A stretch of DNA of 64,000 nt from Kiritimatiellia bacterium. GTDB lineage: Bacteria; Verrucomicrobiota; Kiritimatiellia; CAIQIC01; Lenti-01. Location of the stretch: NCBI GenBank assembly GCA_017458625.1, contig JAFTAH010000138.1, forward strand, positions 1,877 through 65,876, in the 5' to 3' direction. Numbering within the stretch: the first letter of the stretch is position 1; each line of letters opens with the position of its first letter. The notes beneath the pieces are model-generated. The model did not search any database and was not told the origin of the DNA. It worked only from the letters and a program-made list of their open reading frames with translations. Positions 60,350-64,000 of this stretch are shown here, piece by piece. A program made the translations under genes and the position numbers.

Positions 60350-62464
60350 CTAGGATTCGGCGGCGTCTTCTTCCGTCTCGCGCCGCGTGTTGCCGTAATA
60401 CTTCTTCGTTGTGTAGTGATAGTAGTAATAGTAGTCGTCGCGCATGATGTTGATGTTGTTCAGCACGGCTCCCATCAGGGTGCCGCCCGCATTCTCCACC
60501 ATCCGCTTCGCCCGCAGACTGATCAGCTTCGGATACTTCCGATACTGCACCACGAGCAGCACGCCATCCGCCTCGGAAGACAGGATCGCCGCGTCCGTCA
60601 CGCCGAGGATCGGAGGGGAATCCATCAAGATGACATCATAGTGCGGCTTGAGCTTGTCCAGCAACGCCCGGATGCGAGGCCCGTTCATGATTCCCAACGT
60701 ACCGCGGCGAATGCGCCCGGCCGTGATCATCGACAGATTCGGCACGCCCGTCTCCTGCACCGCCTCCATCGGCTCGAGCTCGCCCAGCAAGATGTTGACC
60801 AGTCCCTTCTTGTTGGAAAGACCCACCATCTTATGCTGCACGGGACGGCGCATGTCGGCGTCGATGACCAGCACGTTGCTCCCCTGTTCCGCATAGACGT
60901 ACGAAAGGTTGAACAGCGTCGTCGACTTGCCTTCGCCCACACCACCGGAAACCACGGTGAACACCTTCTGGTTCCCTTCGCGCGCCAGCAGCGCCAACGA
61001 CGTCCTGAGCCCGCGGTACGCCTCGCCCTGGCCCGAGGAATGCCCCGCCTCGGTGAGCGGCCGCGACTGCTGCGGAATGACCGCCAGCACGGACAGGCCG
61101 AGGTACTTCTCGACTTCGTCGACCGTCTTCAGCGACACATCGAGGTATTCGACGAAGAACGCCAGCCCCACGCCGGCCAGCAGACCGAGCACCACGGACA
61201 GGACGATGTTGAGCGGAATGATCGGCGAGGAAGGACGCTCCGGGGCCTCCGCCTCCTCCACGATATGCACCATGGTGCGCGGTACTTCCAGCTCGATGCC
61301 GGTCTGCGTGACCCGCGCGCGCAACGCCGTCAGGATGTCGCGCTGCAGGGCCACCTCGCGGTCGGCACGTTCGAACGGCAGCAGGTCGGCGGCCTGCGAC
61401 TCGATGTCGAGCGCGCGCAATTCGTCGAGTTCCTTCTGGAGCGAATCCACCTTGCTCTTCCGCACCTGATAGTCGGCGGAAAGCCCTCGCTTGAGGCCAT
61501 CCAGCGACTCTTCGAGCTGCTTCTTGATCTCGTCAATGGCCCCCTTCAGCCGCTTGATGTTCGGGTGGTTCTCGCCCAGCGTCCCATCCGCCAGCATCGT
61601 CTGCAACGACACATTCGCATCGATGTACTGCTGGCGCAACGCCACCAGGGCCGGATCGCTGACCGTGTACACGGCCGCCGACAGCAGCTGCTCGCCATCC
61701 AGCTGCGACAACTCGTCCATGCGCGTCTTGCTCTGGATCATCTCGACGCGCGCCGCCGACACCTGCTGCTCCAGCATCTGAATCCGCTGGAGTTCCGCGC
61801 TAATCGACCCCGAATACGTCCGTGCCACCAGCAGCAGGTTCTTCTCCGAACGAATCTTCTCCAGCTTGTTCTCCGCTTCCTCCACGCGTTCCTGCTGGAG
61901 GCGCAACTCGTTGCTCATCGCATCGATCGAGTTCTGGATCTTGCGCCGGACGTCCTGCTCGCGCGAAGCCTGGTACACGCTGGCAATCTCGTTGGCAATC
62001 TCCGCCGACTGCTTGGGATTCTCGGTCGTCACGCGGATGTTCATCAAGGTGGTATCGCGGTCCTGCTCGACCCGTATCGAGCGCTGCAGCATCCGACGCG
62101 TCTCCTCGGCGTCGAGCGGCGACTTGTCCTCGTTCAGTTCCGCCCCCCACACCCGCTGGAGGTTGAGATTGTGCATGACCTTCGTCAGAATCGGCCGCGA
62201 GGTCATGATTTTTTCCTGCGTCAGCAGGAAGAACGGGTTGTACCCCGCACCGGACGACGACCGGTTGCCGAACGGATCAACATCCAGTTGCTCGTCGCGC
62301 ACCTCGATCTGCGTCTGTGCCGTGTACTTCTTCGGCATCATCACCGTGTAGAACGTACCCGTGACAATCGTCATCAGGGCAACCGCCAGGACCACTTCCT
62401 TGCGGTCGCGAATGACACGCCAGTAGTCCAAAAAATGCAGGGAATTTACGGATTCTTCAGCCAT
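60350..62464 (-). CDS. Polysaccharide co-polymerase / tyrosine autokinase (Wzc-like)
   Basis: Wzz-like N-terminus, two TM helices, EAYRGLRT, GEGKST, IDADMRRP, DSPP, C-terminal Tyr cluster YYYYYHY. Confidence 0.93.
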   Translation of the reverse strand: MAEESVNSLHFLDYWRVIRDRKEVVLAVALMTIVTGTFYTVMMPKKYTAQTQIEVRDEQLDVDPFGNRSSSGAGYNPFFLLTQEKIMTSRPILTKVMHNLNLQRVWGAELNEDKSPLDAEETRRMLQRSIRVEQDRDTTLMNIRVTTENPKQSAEIANEIASVYQASREQDVRRKIQNSIDAMSNELRLQQERVEEAENKLEKIRSEKNLLLVARTYSGSISAELQRIQMLEQQVSAARVEMIQSKTRMDELSQLDGEQLLSAAVYTVSDPALVALRQQYIDANVSLQTMLADGTLGENHPNIKRLKGAIDEIKKQLEESLDGLKRGLSADYQVRKSKVDSLQKELDELRALDIESQAADLLPFERADREVALQRDILTALRARVTQTGIELEVPRTMVHIVEEAEAPERPSSPIIPLNIVLSVVLGLLAGVGLAFFVEYLDVSLKTVDEVEKYLGLSVLAVIPQQSRPLTEAGHSSGQGEAYRGLRTSLALLAREGNQKVFTVVSGGVGEGKSTTLFNLSYVYAEQGSNVLVIDADMRRPVQHKMVGLSNKKGLVNILLGELEPMEAVQETGVPNLSMITAGRIRRGTLGIMNGPRIRALLDKLKPHYDVILMDSPPILGVTDAAILSSEADGVLLVVQYRKYPKLISLRAKRMVENAGGTLMGAVLNNINIMRDDYYYYYHYTTKKYYGNTRRETEEDAAES

Positions 62465-62652
62465 GGGAGGAAAACCTTGGAACGAGGGTGGCGGGTGACG
62501 GAAATGGTGCGGTCAGGAAAGGAGGGGGCGGGTTGGCAAGGGGATGAAAAGAAAAGTCGGGGCAACAGCCGCAAGACGTGGCAGGGGGACGGGCCTTTTT
62601 GCAGGAAAAAGGCGGCCGTTGCCGGTCGCCTTGTCCCCGCCCCCCCTGGGGG

Positions 62653-63846
62653 TTAGAAGAGCTGGATGCGCCACCCCACGTCGACGCGGTGGTTGTCGAA
62701 CTCTTCGCGGCCAGGAATATCGCTGTCCAGCTTGATGAACTGGTAGCAAACCTCCAGCCAGTTGTGGCGGTAGAACTCGAAGGCGGCCCGCGTCGAGAAC
62801 GCGAAGGTGTCTTCGGCCCCGTCCTTGAGCTCGCTGTCGCTCTTCGCGTAGTCCGCATCGTAGTCGTTGTGGGAGTAGATCACCGAGGCGTAGAGGCCCA
62901 GCCGGGAGGTCACTTCCCAGGCGGCGGAAAGCGACAGGTACGTGCGGTTCTGGCTCATGTAGTTCGAGATATCGGACTCGTAGATCGAGTAGGACGCGGA
63001 CAGCGTGGTGCGGAAGTCGGCCACCGGCAGGAAGGTGAGGGAGAGTTCACCGTACGGCTGCGTCTGGTCATCATAGAACTCGTCATCGTCGTACCAGCGC
63101 TGCTCGACGCCGCCGCGGAGCGAACCGATGAAGTAGCTCGAAAGGGTCTGCTCATAGCCGACACCAGCGAAGATCATCGTGGAATCGCGGTCGAAGCCCT
63201 CGGGATTCTTGTCGTAGAGCAGCCGCTGATAGCGGAAGTCGGCCATGGCGGCGGCCAGCGAGTTCAGCTGCTGGCGAACGGTGAGACCGCCAACGGGCGA
63301 AATGTAGTCGTCGTACTTGTGGGCAGCGCCATCATCGGTGTAGGTCAGCGAGATGAAACGGCCGCTCAGGTCGATGCGGGTGTTGGGCCCGACGTTGTAG
63401 AGGAGGGCGGCAATCGCGCTGTTGTAGTAGTTGTCATCGTCCTCGCGCACCACATAGTCGTCGCTGTGGAGCTCGGGCAGCTGGCCGGCGCGGAGCGAAT
63501 CGCCCAGGTTCAAGGTCAACGTGTCGCTGATCTTGTGGGAGAAGTCGGCCGAGAGGTCGTGGAGGACGTCCACCTTGTCATCTTCGCGGGCCTCGTACCA
63601 CGTAATCGACGGCGTATAGCGGATGGAGAACGAGGTGTGATTGTGGAAGTTGAGGTTGAGCAGGGCCGTCACTTCCTCGATGAGGCGCAGGGACTCCTCG
63701 GGATTGTGGTCGTCGGACACGCGGTAGATGTTGTTATCGTAGCCCACGCGGAAACGGTTGAAGAGGTGGAACGGAACCTCCTCGACGGCCATGGCGACGG
63801 ACGAGGCGGCCAGAAGGGCAAGCAGGGCGGTGCAAATTCGCTTCAT
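62653..63846 (-). CDS. Outer-membrane beta-barrel protein of EPS/PEP-CTERM loci
   Basis: Signal peptide; GYDNNIY; alternating aromatic beta strands; C-terminal Phe. Confidence 0.8.
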   Translation of the reverse strand: MKRICTALLALLAASSVAMAVEEVPFHLFNRFRVGYDNNIYRVSDDHNPEESLRLIEEVTALLNLNFHNHTSFSIRYTPSITWYEAREDDKVDVLHDLSADFSHKISDTLTLNLGDSLRAGQLPELHSDDYVVREDDDNYYNSAIAALLYNVGPNTRIDLSGRFISLTYTDDGAAHKYDDYISPVGGLTVRQQLNSLAAAMADFRYQRLLYDKNPEGFDRDSTMIFAGVGYEQTLSSYFIGSLRGGVEQRWYDDDEFYDDQTQPYGELSLTFLPVADFRTTLSASYSIYESDISNYMSQNRTYLSLSAAWEVTSRLGLYASVIYSHNDYDADYAKSDSELKDGAEDTFAFSTRAAFEFYRHNWLEVCYQFIKLDSDIPGREEFDNHRVDVGWRIQLF

Positions 63847-64000
63847 GTTGGAATTCCTTGCAGAGGGTTCAGGGTATACGGAGGAAAGTCGGATTCGAAT
63901 AGGCGACATCAGTGGGGGGTCGGACGAGGCCGGGGCTTCGGCTTGGCCTCGGAAATGGCATGCGCCACCACGGCGGGAGGAACCGGAACCAGCTGAGGCT

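Overview
High-GC bacterial chromosomal window, probably from a PVC-superphylum organism such as a Kiritimatiellae (inferred from the PEP-CTERM protein, the N-methyl pilin-like gene and the gene content; not verified). It holds about 41 real CDSs. These include typA, epmA, pepD, aroB, aroC, murF, lpxK, rpsA, leuS, malQ, an Orn/Lys/Arg decarboxylase, a xanthine-dehydrogenase-family Mo subunit, TolC plus MFP, and a wzy/wza/wzc/beta-barrel exopolysaccharide locus next to a PEP-CTERM gene. There is also a tRNA-His(GUG) and an internally deleted IS5-family element. Most other ORFs in the track are antisense or alternate-frame shadows of GC3-rich genes. The most unusual signal is non-coding. (1) A polar intergenic motif of about 45 bp (core GTGATTYYACGTCAAA, with A/T tracts phased about 10 bp apart) occurs about 17 times, and its orientation tracks the local C-versus-G strand composition even inside coding sequence. 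An inward-facing pair of these motifs brackets one orphan DUF3102-like gene. (2) Arrays of a TTCCA-N5-TGGAA palindrome with a 32-bp period. (3) MITE-like shells of 138-139 bp (TAGAGC...GCTCTA) carrying different REP doublets. (4) CTAG arrays with an 8-9 bp period. (5) A nuclease cassette bounded by a perfect 16-bp direct repeat between the divergent tolC and rpsA promoters.
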